Shown one piece after another: positions 10,649 to 20,901 of a DNA stretch of 64,000 nucleotides. Position 1 is the stretch's first letter; each line of letters opens with the position of its first letter. Position numbers and translations under genes: made by a program. Under the pieces are notes generated by a model, which was not told the origin of the DNA, did not search any database, and was given only the letters and a program-made list of their open reading frames with translations. The stretch is from Leptolyngbyaceae cyanobacterium (GTDB lineage Bacteria; Cyanobacteriota; Cyanobacteriia; Phormidesmidales; Phormidesmidaceae), in contig JBHJHA010000036.1 in NCBI GenBank assembly GCA_050331235.1, positions 32,001 to 96,000 of the forward strand. The letters are read 5' to 3'.

Positions 10649-12193
10649 ATGATCATTGATATTTTGGATCTTGAAGATCAACAACGACTGAAAGGACAGA
10701 TCGTCGTTGTGGGCTCTGGCATCGCCGGTGCAGAAGTTGCAACGTTTTTGGCCCGCCATAGCCGTGAAGTCATCTTGTTGGAAAGCGGTCGCGATCGTTT
10801 TGACCCCAAAATTCAAGCCCTCAACGATGTTGTTTTTCTGAGCAAGCGACATCGTGAAATGAATCCTGACTCTTACTATCATCGCTATTTGCCACCAGAA
10901 CTTAGAGGGGTTAGCCGAGTGCGCCAATTTGGTGGCACTAGCAATGTGTGGACGGGCAAATGGAAACACTTGCAAACCAGTGACTTTGCGGGACGCGACT
11001 GGGTGCCTAACAGCGGTTGGCCCATTGGCTATGAGGACTTGCTGCCCCACTACCGCTCTGCGGCTAAGGATTATGGTTTTGGCGATCTGGAAGCTGAAGC
11101 TCGCCGCCGAGAAATTGTCACCTTACGAAATCAAATTGCTGCCCACGGACTGAAAATGAGCAGCTTTTATTGGGAGGAAACACCGACCCGCACGGCTAAA
11201 CGGTTTGGCGACGAAATGCGGCGATCGCCTAACCTACGGGTCATTCTGGGTGCTACCGTCAATGAACTACGCTTAGATGAGGCTGGTGAACGGGTAACCA
11301 CAGTCGCCTGTAGCTCATTGGAAGGTCGCGAACTGATTGTTGAAGGGGATACCGTTGTGCTGGCCACCGGTGCATTCGAAGCGGCTCGTATTCTGCTTGC
11401 GTCGGATCGCCAGGTGCCTAATGGGATTGGCAATGAGCATGATCTGGTTGGCCGATTTTATACGGACCATCCCAAACACCATACGGGAACGCTCACGCCG
11501 GGGGCTCTGACACGCCAGTATGCTAACGAACTGCAATATGCACCCAAGCCTCGCTTCTGTATCTGTTTTGCGCTGGATGATGCTACGCAACAGCAGTATG
11601 AACTGCTGGAGCACGTTTTGTATCTAAAACCTCTCTACGAGAAGACCAAGGACCGTCTCAGTCGAATTATCCGTAGACGACCACTCTGTGTTGATCGCAA
11701 TGGCGCGATCGCGGCTTACAAGGTGAAATTTGTCACCGAGCAGGTGCCCCAGCAGTCGAGCCGGATCAAACTCGGGACCGAGCGCGATGCACTGGGTCAG
11801 CGCAAGTTAGAAGTCGACTGGTGCTTCACTCAGCAAGATCATCGGTCATTAGAGAAGACCCTTGCTCTAATGACTGAGAGATTTCAAACAGCTGGGTTAG
11901 GTCACTTTAACTTTGGAAATGAGCCTCCCAGCCTTGAAAATATGACTGATGCGGCCCACCAAATGGGCACAACCCGTATGGCCAGTTGCTCTGACGCTGG
12001 CGTTGTGGATCTCGACTGCCGAGTCTTTGGTACTGATAATTTGTATGTTGCTAGCTCAGCGGTCTTTCCCACCGGGCCTTCCTACTCCCCAACCTTTACG
12101 ATCCTGGCGCTGGCTCGTCGGTTAGGCCAACATCTGCTACAGACGACTGTCCAGTCTGTGAATGACTTACAGGTGAGTCCTGCCACTTTGTAA
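10649..12193 (+). CDS. GMC-family oxidoreductase
   Basis: VVGSGIAG, FGGTSNVW, AAHQMGTTRM, GVVD.DCRVFGTDNLYVASSAVFPT. Confidence 0.88.
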   Translation: MIIDILDLEDQQRLKGQIVVVGSGIAGAEVATFLARHSREVILLESGRDRFDPKIQALNDVVFLSKRHREMNPDSYYHRYLPPELRGVSRVRQFGGTSNVWTGKWKHLQTSDFAGRDWVPNSGWPIGYEDLLPHYRSAAKDYGFGDLEAEARRREIVTLRNQIAAHGLKMSSFYWEETPTRTAKRFGDEMRRSPNLRVILGATVNELRLDEAGERVTTVACSSLEGRELIVEGDTVVLATGAFEAARILLASDRQVPNGIGNEHDLVGRFYTDHPKHHTGTLTPGALTRQYANELQYAPKPRFCICFALDDATQQQYELLEHVLYLKPLYEKTKDRLSRIIRRRPLCVDRNGAIAAYKVKFVTEQVPQQSSRIKLGTERDALGQRKLEVDWCFTQQDHRSLEKTLALMTERFQTAGLGHFNFGNEPPSLENMTDAAHQMGTTRMASCSDAGVVDLDCRVFGTDNLYVASSAVFPTGPSYSPTFTILALARRLGQHLLQTTVQSVNDLQVSPATL

Positions 12194-12203
12194 GGAGCTA
12201 ATA

Positions 12204-12701
12204 ATGCTTTCAGAATCTACTACTCAGGCAACCAGTACTCCTACTCGAGCCTTGCTACTGACTAAGTTCGCCCTGGCTATCCTAATTTTAGGAATCTGTG
12301 TGGTCGGTAAGCGGGAGTCTACATGGCCAATTACTACTTGGGCCCTGTATAGCGGCTACTCTGCCCGTTTTCGCATCCCTGAGCCCACTGTTTCTGAGAT
12401 TCAATTACAAGTGTTAACCGCCGACGGCAATGCTCACCTTGTTAAACCTGAGCTCATCCTCTCTCTACCCTATGACAGTCTGGCCCATAGCGTCGTTGAG
12501 CAGGCCTTTTTAGGTGAAGATCCTCGTGTCAAGACCGCAAGTCAACGATATTTAGCTAAGGAAATTGGGAAAATTGAAGCTATTCAAGCAGAAATTGATG
12601 AAATACAGGCTTGGAAAATCACCTATCAAACTTACCCTTTACAGATTCCGCCGATACATAAAGATAATCCCCAGTCCAGGGACATGATTGGCAGTTTTTG
12701 A
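12204..12701 (+). CDS. Hypothetical membrane-anchored protein, partner of the downstream HTTM-like protein
   Basis: AGGAG RBS; N-terminal TM followed by WPITTWALYS. Confidence 0.65.
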   Translation: MLSESTTQATSTPTRALLLTKFALAILILGICVVGKRESTWPITTWALYSGYSARFRIPEPTVSEIQLQVLTADGNAHLVKPELILSLPYDSLAHSVVEQAFLGEDPRVKTASQRYLAKEIGKIEAIQAEIDEIQAWKITYQTYPLQIPPIHKDNPQSRDMIGSF

Positions 12702-12736
12702 GTTAACAAGATTAAGACCTCCGTTACTACCGAGCC

Positions 12737-13918
12737 ATGAAAAGAGATAGGGGAGATCGCTTTAGTATTAGGTTGAATTCCTGGTTGTTACAGCCTGAAC
12801 CTAATGCTGCTGGCAATATGGGACTTTGCAGAATCGTATACTCTCTGTTTTATCTTTGGTACTTGAGTACCCATTCTTCTGCCTTTCTGAGCGGGATGCC
12901 CAGCTTTTTTGTTGAGCAGAGAGTTTATTTGTTTAGATATATTTTTGCGGATTTTGGTGCATCTTGGTCGCCATTGGTCTTTCAAACGATTGAGTCTTTG
13001 CTAGTCGCATGTCTGATTTTGTTAGTCTTTGGATATAAAACTCGCTGGACTACAGCGGGAGTCTTAGTTTTAGGGTGCCTGCTAGAGGGGCTATCGAGTG
13101 CGATCGATTCCAAGAGAACGCTGCTGCCGCTCGTATTTTATGTGCCTTTTTTTATGACTCTAGCCAACACTTGGGGAAAGACTTATTCACTAGACGCCTT
13201 AATACAGGAACGTCGATTAAGTGTGAAAGTTGATCCTCATGCTGATGATGGCTTTTTCTTTCTACCCGCCCGTGCACTGTTGATTATCTTTTCGGTGCAG
13301 TTTTTCGTCTCGGCGATTTTTAAGGTGGCGTTTGGGGGAGCTTGGCTCAGCTACTCGGACATAATGGCCAACTTTTTTTTGAATCGGAATATTGAGGCAG
13401 CCATCTATGATCTACCCTTGAACTGGTTCGCTCCTCTAATCTCGAAAACACCAGTCATTTATCTTTCAATACATCTGACAACGCTGGTGTTTGAATTTGG
13501 TTTCTTTCTGTCTTTGATTAATAGAAAACTCAGAGACTTAATCATTTCTTTGGCGCTGATTTTTCATGCCGTGAACGCTTTGTGGCTCGTGGTTACAGTG
13601 ACGCCGATTTTGGCAGGATATTTGCCTTTTGTGAATTGGCAAAATGTTAAGGATCGGATGCCAGTTTCCTTGGTAGAAAAAAGCATTTTTGAAAAGCTAC
13701 CTTTAAGTTCGTCGATCTTTGGAATACTTTTCCTAGCCTCATTTGTTGGTTTGCTTTGGCATAGCCCAGTCGATATTAGAAGCTGCCTGAATCTCTTCGG
13801 AGTTATTAACTGGAGAACAATCTGGCTATTGGTTTTACCACCTGCTGCATACTGGTTTGTGGCTACGCTGATCCATTTTCGGCAGCCGGTTAGTAATTCA
13901 ACTTCGACTGCTGCGTAG
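12737..13918 (+). CDS. HTTM-like polytopic membrane protein
   Basis: Multiple TMs; GLCRIVYS, YSLDALI, FFVSAIFK..G.AW, FEFGF...LALIFH pattern. Confidence 0.6.
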   Translation: MKRDRGDRFSIRLNSWLLQPEPNAAGNMGLCRIVYSLFYLWYLSTHSSAFLSGMPSFFVEQRVYLFRYIFADFGASWSPLVFQTIESLLVACLILLVFGYKTRWTTAGVLVLGCLLEGLSSAIDSKRTLLPLVFYVPFFMTLANTWGKTYSLDALIQERRLSVKVDPHADDGFFFLPARALLIIFSVQFFVSAIFKVAFGGAWLSYSDIMANFFLNRNIEAAIYDLPLNWFAPLISKTPVIYLSIHLTTLVFEFGFFLSLINRKLRDLIISLALIFHAVNALWLVVTVTPILAGYLPFVNWQNVKDRMPVSLVEKSIFEKLPLSSSIFGILFLASFVGLLWHSPVDIRSCLNLFGVINWRTIWLLVLPPAAYWFVATLIHFRQPVSNSTSTAA

Positions 13919-13980
13919 TATTGGCTGTTCGTAGACACCAGTTGAGGGGCATCGTATATTAACTCAAAGATTTTTTGGCT

Positions 13981-15204
13981 ATGGTTTCTATTCAAGCGCC
14001 GTTTAGACTGGATTTGCGATCGCTCGCTGTATTTCGCATTGGTTTAGCAATAAGTTTCATTGTATTGGCCTGCATAGATGATGCTCCTGGCTTGGTAGAA
14101 ACTGCTGGCCTTTGGCAAAGATGGGACTCCCTATTCGTCATTTCAGAAACCCTGGAAAAGTTCGGTCAGTACTTACTGACACCCTTACTAAGCCTTGTCG
14201 GTATCGTGCTGCTCGTCGGCTATCGGGCTAAAGTTGTTTTGTCTATCGGGCTGTTCCTGAGTGGGCTGGCATACTTTTTGAATGTTGGCTCTTTTCCCGA
14301 GTTAGAGCCTCTGTTCTTGCCGATAGTGTTTTGGAGTTGGTTTTTGCCCTTGGGCGCAAACTTCTCTTTCGATAGTGCGATGAATACCGCTATCCCAAAA
14401 ACGTTTGAGATTGTTTCAAGTGCTACGATCGCTCTGGCGCTGCAACAATGTTTCAATTACTGGATGCCCAACTCATCGTTCCTGGCCTTTGGTACGGAGA
14501 GTACTAGCATTCATAGCCTGCTGCTGCTGATTTTTCTGTTAGCAGCATTGACTTTATTGATGCCCTTACAGTCGGCAACTTTACGTGCAGTTCTGATCAA
14601 TGGATTTGTGCTTTTACATTTGCTTGCATGGCTGTTTTGGGGGCAGCCTATTCAGGTCGCGTGGCTAGCGATCTCGATCTGGCTAGCATTTTTACCTACC
14701 ATCGTTTGGGAATTTTTGGAAAAACGATTGCAAACCTCACAAAGAGAGGGATTAGTCGTTTACTATGATGCCGACTGTGGCTTTTGTAAGAAAGTCGTGC
14801 ACGTTTTACGTGCTTTCCTCATCTTGCCGGGGACACCACTGTTGACAGCCCAGAGTGATGACTCAATTTGTGCTGATATGGAGGCCTATAACTCTTGGGT
14901 GGTGGTTGACTGGCAGCAACGCCGACACTTTAAATTCGAAGCGATCGCGTATATCTGCAGTCTGTCTCCTATTTTTCGCATTTTGGTTCCACTGTTGCGC
15001 TGGTCACCTGTGATGTCAGTCGGGACTCGCTTTTATGAGATGATCGCCAAAAATCGTAAGCAAGCTGGCCTGTTTACCCGTCCCCTCAAGTTCAACGCGT
15101 ATTCGACTCGCTTATCTACAACAGAAAATTTCATGGTGGCAGTTCTGGCTACCATTTACTTCCTCATTATTACTGCCAAAATTGTGAGCTATTTAGCTCT
15201 TTAA
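13981..15204 (+). CDS. HTTM-like/DCC1 (DUF393) thiol-disulfide oxidoreductase fusion
   Basis: N-terminal LDLRSLAVFRIGL and FWSWFLPLGANFSFD; C-terminal YYDADCGFC ... YEMIAKNR. Confidence 0.75.
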   Translation: MVSIQAPFRLDLRSLAVFRIGLAISFIVLACIDDAPGLVETAGLWQRWDSLFVISETLEKFGQYLLTPLLSLVGIVLLVGYRAKVVLSIGLFLSGLAYFLNVGSFPELEPLFLPIVFWSWFLPLGANFSFDSAMNTAIPKTFEIVSSATIALALQQCFNYWMPNSSFLAFGTESTSIHSLLLLIFLLAALTLLMPLQSATLRAVLINGFVLLHLLAWLFWGQPIQVAWLAISIWLAFLPTIVWEFLEKRLQTSQREGLVVYYDADCGFCKKVVHVLRAFLILPGTPLLTAQSDDSICADMEAYNSWVVVDWQQRRHFKFEAIAYICSLSPIFRILVPLLRWSPVMSVGTRFYEMIAKNRKQAGLFTRPLKFNAYSTRLSTTENFMVAVLATIYFLIITAKIVSYLAL

Positions 15205-15343
15205 GATTTGGCAACTATGGCAGTGTGTCTGATGGGGGCGATCTTTGGATTTCTTTAGCATTCCGGCATTTCTCAGCGGGCAACCTTCGAGAAATGGTCC
15301 CGATACCGGTAGAGTTTGAAACAATGAGCTGGATGCCTAGACT

Positions 15344-16630
15344 ATGGATGCATGCTACGACGTGAGTAATCGCGAGCGCATTGTAATTGTTGGTGCTGGG
15401 TTTGGGGGCTTCCAAGCGGCGCAATCTTTGGCTGGGGCAGCGGCAGATGTATTACTCATTGATCGCAACAACTACCACACGTTTATTCCGCTGCTATATC
15501 AGGTAGCTACGGGGCAGTTAGAGCCCAACTTGGTGGCTTACCCGATTCGGACAAAGCTGCGCCGGATGAAAAATGTTCGCTTTTTACAGGCGGATGTGCG
15601 GCACATTGATTTGGAGCATAAGGTTATCGGCGTTGGTGACGATCTGATTAGCTATGACTATTTGGTTATCGCGACCGGTGCTGAGTCTAGCTTTCATGGG
15701 GTGCCAGGGGCAGTGGAGCGAGCGTTTACCCTGCACAGCTTGCGAGACGCGATTGCCCTGCGTAACCGTTTTCTCTCCTGTTTTGAGCAAGCTGCAACTA
15801 CCCAAAATGATGAGGCACGGCGCCGGCTCATGACCTTCACCATTGTGGGTGGTGGGGCTACCGGGGTGGAGGTAGCAGGGGCGCTGGCCGAGTGGTTGCA
15901 GGGGGCGATCGCCCGAGATTTTCCCGAACTGCGAGGATGGGGACGCATTGTCTTAATCCAGTCCGGCTCGGGGCTGCTGCAAGAGTTTTCGCAGAAATTG
16001 GGGAACTATACGCACCGTCACCTGCAGCGGTTGGGGGTCGATGTTCGCTTAAATGTCAAAATTGCTGAGGTTTCAGCAACGACGGCTCAGCTCTCAGACG
16101 GGACTGTTATTCCCACCTCAACGGTAGTCTGGGCGGCGGGCATTCGGGCTGCAGAGCCGATGGTGGCCCAGCCCTTTGAGCAAGCGGCTAAGGGGAAAAT
16201 GGTGGTCAAGGAAACCCTGCAGCTAACGGAGCAGGCTAATGTGTATGCGATTGGCGACGTGGCGTACTTTGAAAAGTCTGGAAAGGTGCTGTCTGGGGTA
16301 GCCCCAGAAGCTCTCCAGCAGGGCGTTGCCGTGGCCCGCAACATTCGTCGGCAGCTCCAGGGCGAATTACCGCAACCGTTTAGCTATCTCAATAAAGGAC
16401 GGCTGGCAATTATCGGCGGCTATGGCGGCGTCGGTCGCGTAGCCGGCATCAACTTTGGCGGCTTTGTGGCTTGGTTAATGTGGTTGCTGGTACACGTAAC
16501 TTATTTGCCAGGGTATCGTAGCCGTCTTGTGGTGGTATTAACCTGGCTGCAAAACTACATTACGGGAGATCGCTCCCAGCGCCAACTCTCTGCACCGCCG
16601 CTGCCCGAATGCCCCGATTCACTACCTTGA
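15344..16630 (+). CDS. Type II NADH dehydrogenase family (NDH-2) flavoprotein
   Basis: IVGAGFGG, FIPLLYQVATG, IVGGGATGVEVAG, AIGD, A.QQG; start may be GTG 15362. Confidence 0.88.
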   Translation: MDACYDVSNRERIVIVGAGFGGFQAAQSLAGAAADVLLIDRNNYHTFIPLLYQVATGQLEPNLVAYPIRTKLRRMKNVRFLQADVRHIDLEHKVIGVGDDLISYDYLVIATGAESSFHGVPGAVERAFTLHSLRDAIALRNRFLSCFEQAATTQNDEARRRLMTFTIVGGGATGVEVAGALAEWLQGAIARDFPELRGWGRIVLIQSGSGLLQEFSQKLGNYTHRHLQRLGVDVRLNVKIAEVSATTAQLSDGTVIPTSTVVWAAGIRAAEPMVAQPFEQAAKGKMVVKETLQLTEQANVYAIGDVAYFEKSGKVLSGVAPEALQQGVAVARNIRRQLQGELPQPFSYLNKGRLAIIGGYGGVGRVAGINFGGFVAWLMWLLVHVTYLPGYRSRLVVVLTWLQNYITGDRSQRQLSAPPLPECPDSLP

Positions 16631-16642
16631 TCAAGAACGCCT

Positions 16643-17194
16643 ATGCCCCGTCCCCAAACTGGTTTAAAGACGAATGATATCGCTCTCGCCTATGTGCTGC
16701 TGCGAGTAGTGGTGGGCATCAACTACTTCAACCATGGATTTACCCGCATTGGCAATATTCCCGGCTTTGTCAACGCGATGGTGGGGGCCATGGATAGAGC
16801 CTGGATGCCTGAACCTTTGGTTCGTACTACTGCTGTTCTCGTCTCCCCCGTCGAGCTCGTCTTCGGCCTGTTCCTGCTGTTGGGGTTGTTTACTCGGATT
16901 TCTGTGATAGTGCTCTTTGTGCTGATGGCGATATTGATGTACGGCGTCACCATCGTGCAAAACTGGGATTCGGCCTCAAGCCAGTTAATCTACAACATTG
17001 TGCTGTTTATTCTCTTAGCGGCCCAGGGGTACAACCGTTGGTCGCTTGACGATGTGTTGTTTGGGCGCGATCGCTCACAAGTCGTTGACCCGTCTGGCAA
17101 TCCGACCGATGCTGTCAATTCCCGTAGACGTGGAGCACGATGGCATAAGCCAGGCCGGATTTCATACTTCTGGCCGAAGGGGCCTTCACATTAA
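16643..17194 (+). CDS. DoxX-family membrane protein
   Basis: LLRVVVGINYFNHGFTRI, ELVFGLFLLLGLFTR, WSLD. Confidence 0.8.
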   Translation: MPRPQTGLKTNDIALAYVLLRVVVGINYFNHGFTRIGNIPGFVNAMVGAMDRAWMPEPLVRTTAVLVSPVELVFGLFLLLGLFTRISVIVLFVLMAILMYGVTIVQNWDSASSQLIYNIVLFILLAAQGYNRWSLDDVLFGRDRSQVVDPSGNPTDAVNSRRRGARWHKPGRISYFWPKGPSH

Positions 17195-17321
17195 CTCAAT
17201 TAGGATAAATCAGTGTTGATTTCCGTTAGCGGATTGGTGAGGAAAGTCTGTGGATTTTTCTCCGCGAAGAGTGTTTCCTTGACGCTAGTCAGGCATTAGC
17301 AGTTGCACTGAGATATTACTG

Positions 17322-17723
17322 ATGAAATATTTGCCCCTGGTTGCCCGAATTGCCCTTGCTTTAGTCTTTCTCGTATCTGGTGTTAAACATTTGGTCGGTT
17401 TTTCAGGATTTGTCGACATGATCGGACAAAGCCTGCCCCTTGCGCCGTTACTGGCGATTGGTACGATTGCGTTTCAGATTTTGGGCGCGCTTTCTTTGAT
17501 TCTTGGCTACAAAGTTAATATCGGTGCCACACTGCTGTTGGTTTTTCTGATTCCAGCGACGCTGGTCTATCATAATCCGCTCATTGACGGTAGTCAGATG
17601 ACTGCATTCCTCAAAAATCTTGGACTAGTGGGTGGTCTTTTGTTGGTGATTTATGCGGGTGCAGGCGCAGCCAGTGTTGATCGCAGTCAAAGCCGGTCAG
17701 AGCACTATCCAGAAGTCAGTTAG
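17322..17723 (+). CDS. DoxX-family membrane protein
   Basis: ARIALALVFLVSG..H, FLKNLGLVGGLL, GAGAASVD. Confidence 0.85.
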   Translation: MKYLPLVARIALALVFLVSGVKHLVGFSGFVDMIGQSLPLAPLLAIGTIAFQILGALSLILGYKVNIGATLLLVFLIPATLVYHNPLIDGSQMTAFLKNLGLVGGLLLVIYAGAGAASVDRSQSRSEHYPEVS

Positions 17724-17760
17724 TGGATGGCAATCGCGGAATTTTGCATACTTAACCGCC

Positions 17761-17797
17761 AAATCCTACTTGTTGTTTCAGGTAGGATTTTTAATTT
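17761..17797 (+). terminator. Rho-independent terminator after the second DoxX gene
   Basis: AAATCCTACTTG-loop-CAGGTAGGATTT followed by a T-rich tract. Confidence 0.65.
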
Positions 17798-18067
17798 AAG
17801 GGCAACCACAGAAGATTCAGTCTGAGATTCCATGGGTGATGTATTGATAACCTGGCAGCGAGACCATCACTTTTGGAAAACTTAGTAAGAGTAGTCGCAC
17901 AATGCGTGGTGAATCCCGCATCCGTGGTCTACTAGCTACAAGCTTCGCCTATGAATAATTTGGCTGCGCGACACCTATCCTTCTCATGTCCTGGGTCAGG
18001 TTTTGCCCCGGCGAAATGTTGAGCCAAATCTTGCTTCCAAAACCGAATTTTCGGAAACTGACACCCC

Positions 18068-19543
18068 ATGGCTGACTCTAAACTCAAAAACTACATCAAC
18101 GGTGAATGGTGCGTCTCAAGCGCAAGCGATCGCTTGCCAGTGCACAATCCCGCGACCGCAGAGATCTTAGCGGAGGTGCCACTTTCTCCCGCGGCAGAGG
18201 TGGATGCGGCAACTGCTGCTGCTGTTGAGGCCTTTGCTGAATGGCGGCGGATGCCAGCGGTGGAGCGAGTGCAGTATCTGTTTAGACTCAAAGCCAGCTT
18301 AGAGCGTTACGCCGATGAGCTGGCTGAGTTAGTCACGTTAGAGTGTGGCAAAACTCTGAAAGAGTCTCGCGGTGAACTGCAGCGAGCCATTGAGAATGTT
18401 GAGGTTGCCTGCGGAATTCCCACGGCTATGCAGGGCGCTTTTTCTGAGGATATTGCCCGGGGCATTGACGAGTTTATGGTGCGTCAGCCTTTGGGAGTGG
18501 CGGCGGCGATCGCCCCGTTTAACTTTCCCGCCATGATTCCGTTTTGGTTCATGCCTTATGCCCTTGCCTGCGGCAATACCTATCTGGTGAAGCCCTCCGA
18601 AAAGGTGCCCCTGACTCTGCAAAAAGTGTTTGAACTGATTGACCAGGTTGGGTTTCCCGCTGGGGTGGTTAACTTGGTGAATGGGGCAAAGGAAACCGTC
18701 GACGCAATTCTCCAGCATCCTGATATCCGGGCCATTAGCTTTGTGGGTTCATCGCCGGTGGCTCGATATATCTATGCTCAGGCTGCAGCTCAGGGCAAGC
18801 GGGTGCAGTGTCAAGGCGGGGCCAAAAATCCGGTTGTCGTCTTGCCCGATGCTGATGTAGCCATGACGACTCGCATTGTAGCGGATAGCGCGTTTGGCTG
18901 TGCTGGCCAGCGATGTCTGGCTGCCTCTTTGGCGGTGACTGTGGGAGACGCTAAAGCTGAGTTTACCGACGCGATCGCGGCTGCCGCTGCTAGTCGGGTG
19001 ATCGGCAACGGATTAGATCCCGATGTGCAAATGGGGCCGGTGATCACTGCTCACAGCCGCGATCGCATTGCCTCCCTAATTCAAGCAGGGGTTGATGAAG
19101 GTGCTGAAGTGCTGGTTGACGGTCGTAGACCTGGCATTGCTGGCCTCGAACGGGGCAACTTCATCAAACCGAGTGTGCTGCAAGCGGTGTCACCTGCCAG
19201 CAAGATTGCTCAAACCGAGATTTTTGGCCCCGTTTTAGGCTTGTTGCACGTGGCCACCATTGATGAGGCGATCGCCCTTGTCAACCGGAGCTCCTGGGGT
19301 AATATGGCTTGTCTCTTTACCAGTAGCGGGGCCGCGGCGCGTAAGTTTCGCTACGAAGCTGAAGCCGGCAATATTGGCATCAATATCGGGGTGGCGGCAC
19401 CGATGGCGTTTTTCCCTTTCAGTGGCTGGAAAGAAAGCTTTTTTGGCGACTTGCACGGTCAAAGTCACCATGCGGTGGAATTCTTCACCCAAACAAAAGT
19501 CGTGATTGAACGCTGGCCTAAAGAATGGAGCCGACAGTTCTAA
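18068..19543 (+). CDS. mmsA: CoA-acylating methylmalonate/malonate-semialdehyde dehydrogenase
   Basis: [50 protein letters not shown]. Confidence 0.88.
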   Translation: MADSKLKNYINGEWCVSSASDRLPVHNPATAEILAEVPLSPAAEVDAATAAAVEAFAEWRRMPAVERVQYLFRLKASLERYADELAELVTLECGKTLKESRGELQRAIENVEVACGIPTAMQGAFSEDIARGIDEFMVRQPLGVAAAIAPFNFPAMIPFWFMPYALACGNTYLVKPSEKVPLTLQKVFELIDQVGFPAGVVNLVNGAKETVDAILQHPDIRAISFVGSSPVARYIYAQAAAQGKRVQCQGGAKNPVVVLPDADVAMTTRIVADSAFGCAGQRCLAASLAVTVGDAKAEFTDAIAAAAASRVIGNGLDPDVQMGPVITAHSRDRIASLIQAGVDEGAEVLVDGRRPGIAGLERGNFIKPSVLQAVSPASKIAQTEIFGPVLGLLHVATIDEAIALVNRSSWGNMACLFTSSGAAARKFRYEAEAGNIGINIGVAAPMAFFPFSGWKESFFGDLHGQSHHAVEFFTQTKVVIERWPKEWSRQF

Positions 19544-19587
19544 CCTGTGACTGCTGCTGCGGCCGCTGAGTCCAGGGATGTCTAAGG

Positions 19588-20142
19588 CTAGCTGAGGTTA
19601 AACTTTTCTCGGTAGAACGGGACGTTTTTTAGCTGTTCCCGATTTTGTTGAATAAATTGTGCTTCCTCACTTAAAAACTGTCGAGTCTGAGACAAGATGT
19701 GTTGCGAACGGAGACTGCCCATGGGATATATCCGCACAAATCTCGGCTGAACCCGATGGAAAATCGAATGATAAGTCAACGGCGGCTCTCGAAACTGATA
19801 AGCGAAAGCGGCTTGTTGATTAATCGCGGCGGGTAGCGCCCGTGTACTTTGAATTTCAAATCGTAACGGAACTGCAGGCCCCAAGCGCTTGATCGGTTGG
19901 CAGAGCGGGCTGAATGTTGATGGAGCCTCAATGGTCAGGTGTCTGAGTGTGCCAACCATCCGTTCGTCATACACAACCCAGCCTTGCTGCGCGTATTGCC
20001 GTGGAGGGCTCACGTGTAAGTCTGAATCAGGCCAAGATAACGCCCCTTTAAATGTCGGCACCACGAATTGGAATTCATTGAGATCGGCGATCGCAATTTC
20101 GGTAGGGCTGACTTGGGACTGTAGACGGCGACCAAAAAACAT
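19588..20142 (-). CDS. Hypothetical protein
   Basis: 184-aa ORF filling the gap between mmsA and the Rieske gene; no motif recognised. Confidence 0.5.
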   Translation of the reverse strand: MFFGRRLQSQVSPTEIAIADLNEFQFVVPTFKGALSWPDSDLHVSPPRQYAQQGWVVYDERMVGTLRHLTIEAPSTFSPLCQPIKRLGPAVPLRFEIQSTRALPAAINQQAAFAYQFREPPLTYHSIFHRVQPRFVRIYPMGSLRSQHILSQTRQFLSEEAQFIQQNREQLKNVPFYREKFNLS

Positions 20143-20409
20143 GACTACGACGACAAGGAACTCTCATCCAAACCAGTGTAGGATCGTCATCAATGACGCC
20201 CTCATATCTCACATTAATGGTCATTTGCTGGTTCGAGCGGATCAGTACTCTGGATGATTTCAAGGGCTCTTGCGATGGATTCCTGGCTCATAACAGGCAG
20301 CCGGCCCTACCGTTGCGTAGTAAAGCCGGCTGTTGGTAGCATTATTGGTTGTCGGGTGAATCACGCGGTGATGTCGGCAGCAATAGCGACATCGGCTACA
20401 GTTATTGAC

Positions 20410-20868
20410 TTACACCTTCAACAGTACTTGGTCGCCTTCAATTTTGGCCTCATAGGTTTCAAGCGGATCGGTTGCGGGACCGGACGCAACTGAGCCATCT
20501 GGGTTGAAGCTGGAGCCGTGGCAGGGACAGGTAAATGCGCTTGCTTCCCAGTCGACACTGCAGCCCTGATGCGTGCATAAAGAATTGACAGCAATCAAAG
20601 CATCGGCGTTGTTGGGGTCGCGGGTGACAACAAATTGGGTTCCACGAAAGTCTTTATCAGAGAGGGTCCCCGACGCATCGAGTTCGGATACCGAGCCGAT
20701 AGCGACAAAGCCATCTTCGCGGGGGGCCGAATCTGCGGCGGCGGTATCATCGGTAGCTTCAGTATCGCTGGTTGAGGTCGGGTCTGACTGACAGGCGGCG
20801 ATCGCGACCGGCAAAGAAGTTGCCAGCACCCCCACGCCCATCCAGTTGACAAAGTCACGTCGATTCAT
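20410..20868 (-). CDS. Tat-exported Rieske [2Fe-2S] lipoprotein (PetC3-like)
   Basis: MNRRDF twin-arginine signal, IAAC lipobox, CTHQGC and CPCHGS boxes. Confidence 0.9.
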   Translation of the reverse strand: MNRRDFVNWMGVGVLATSLPVAIAACQSDPTSTSDTEATDDTAAADSAPREDGFVAIGSVSELDASGTLSDKDFRGTQFVVTRDPNNADALIAVNSLCTHQGCSVDWEASAFTCPCHGSSFNPDGSVASGPATDPLETYEAKIEGDQVLLKV

Positions 20869-20901
20869 TGTTCCGTTTTCCTCGCAAAATATTGATGATC
20901 A

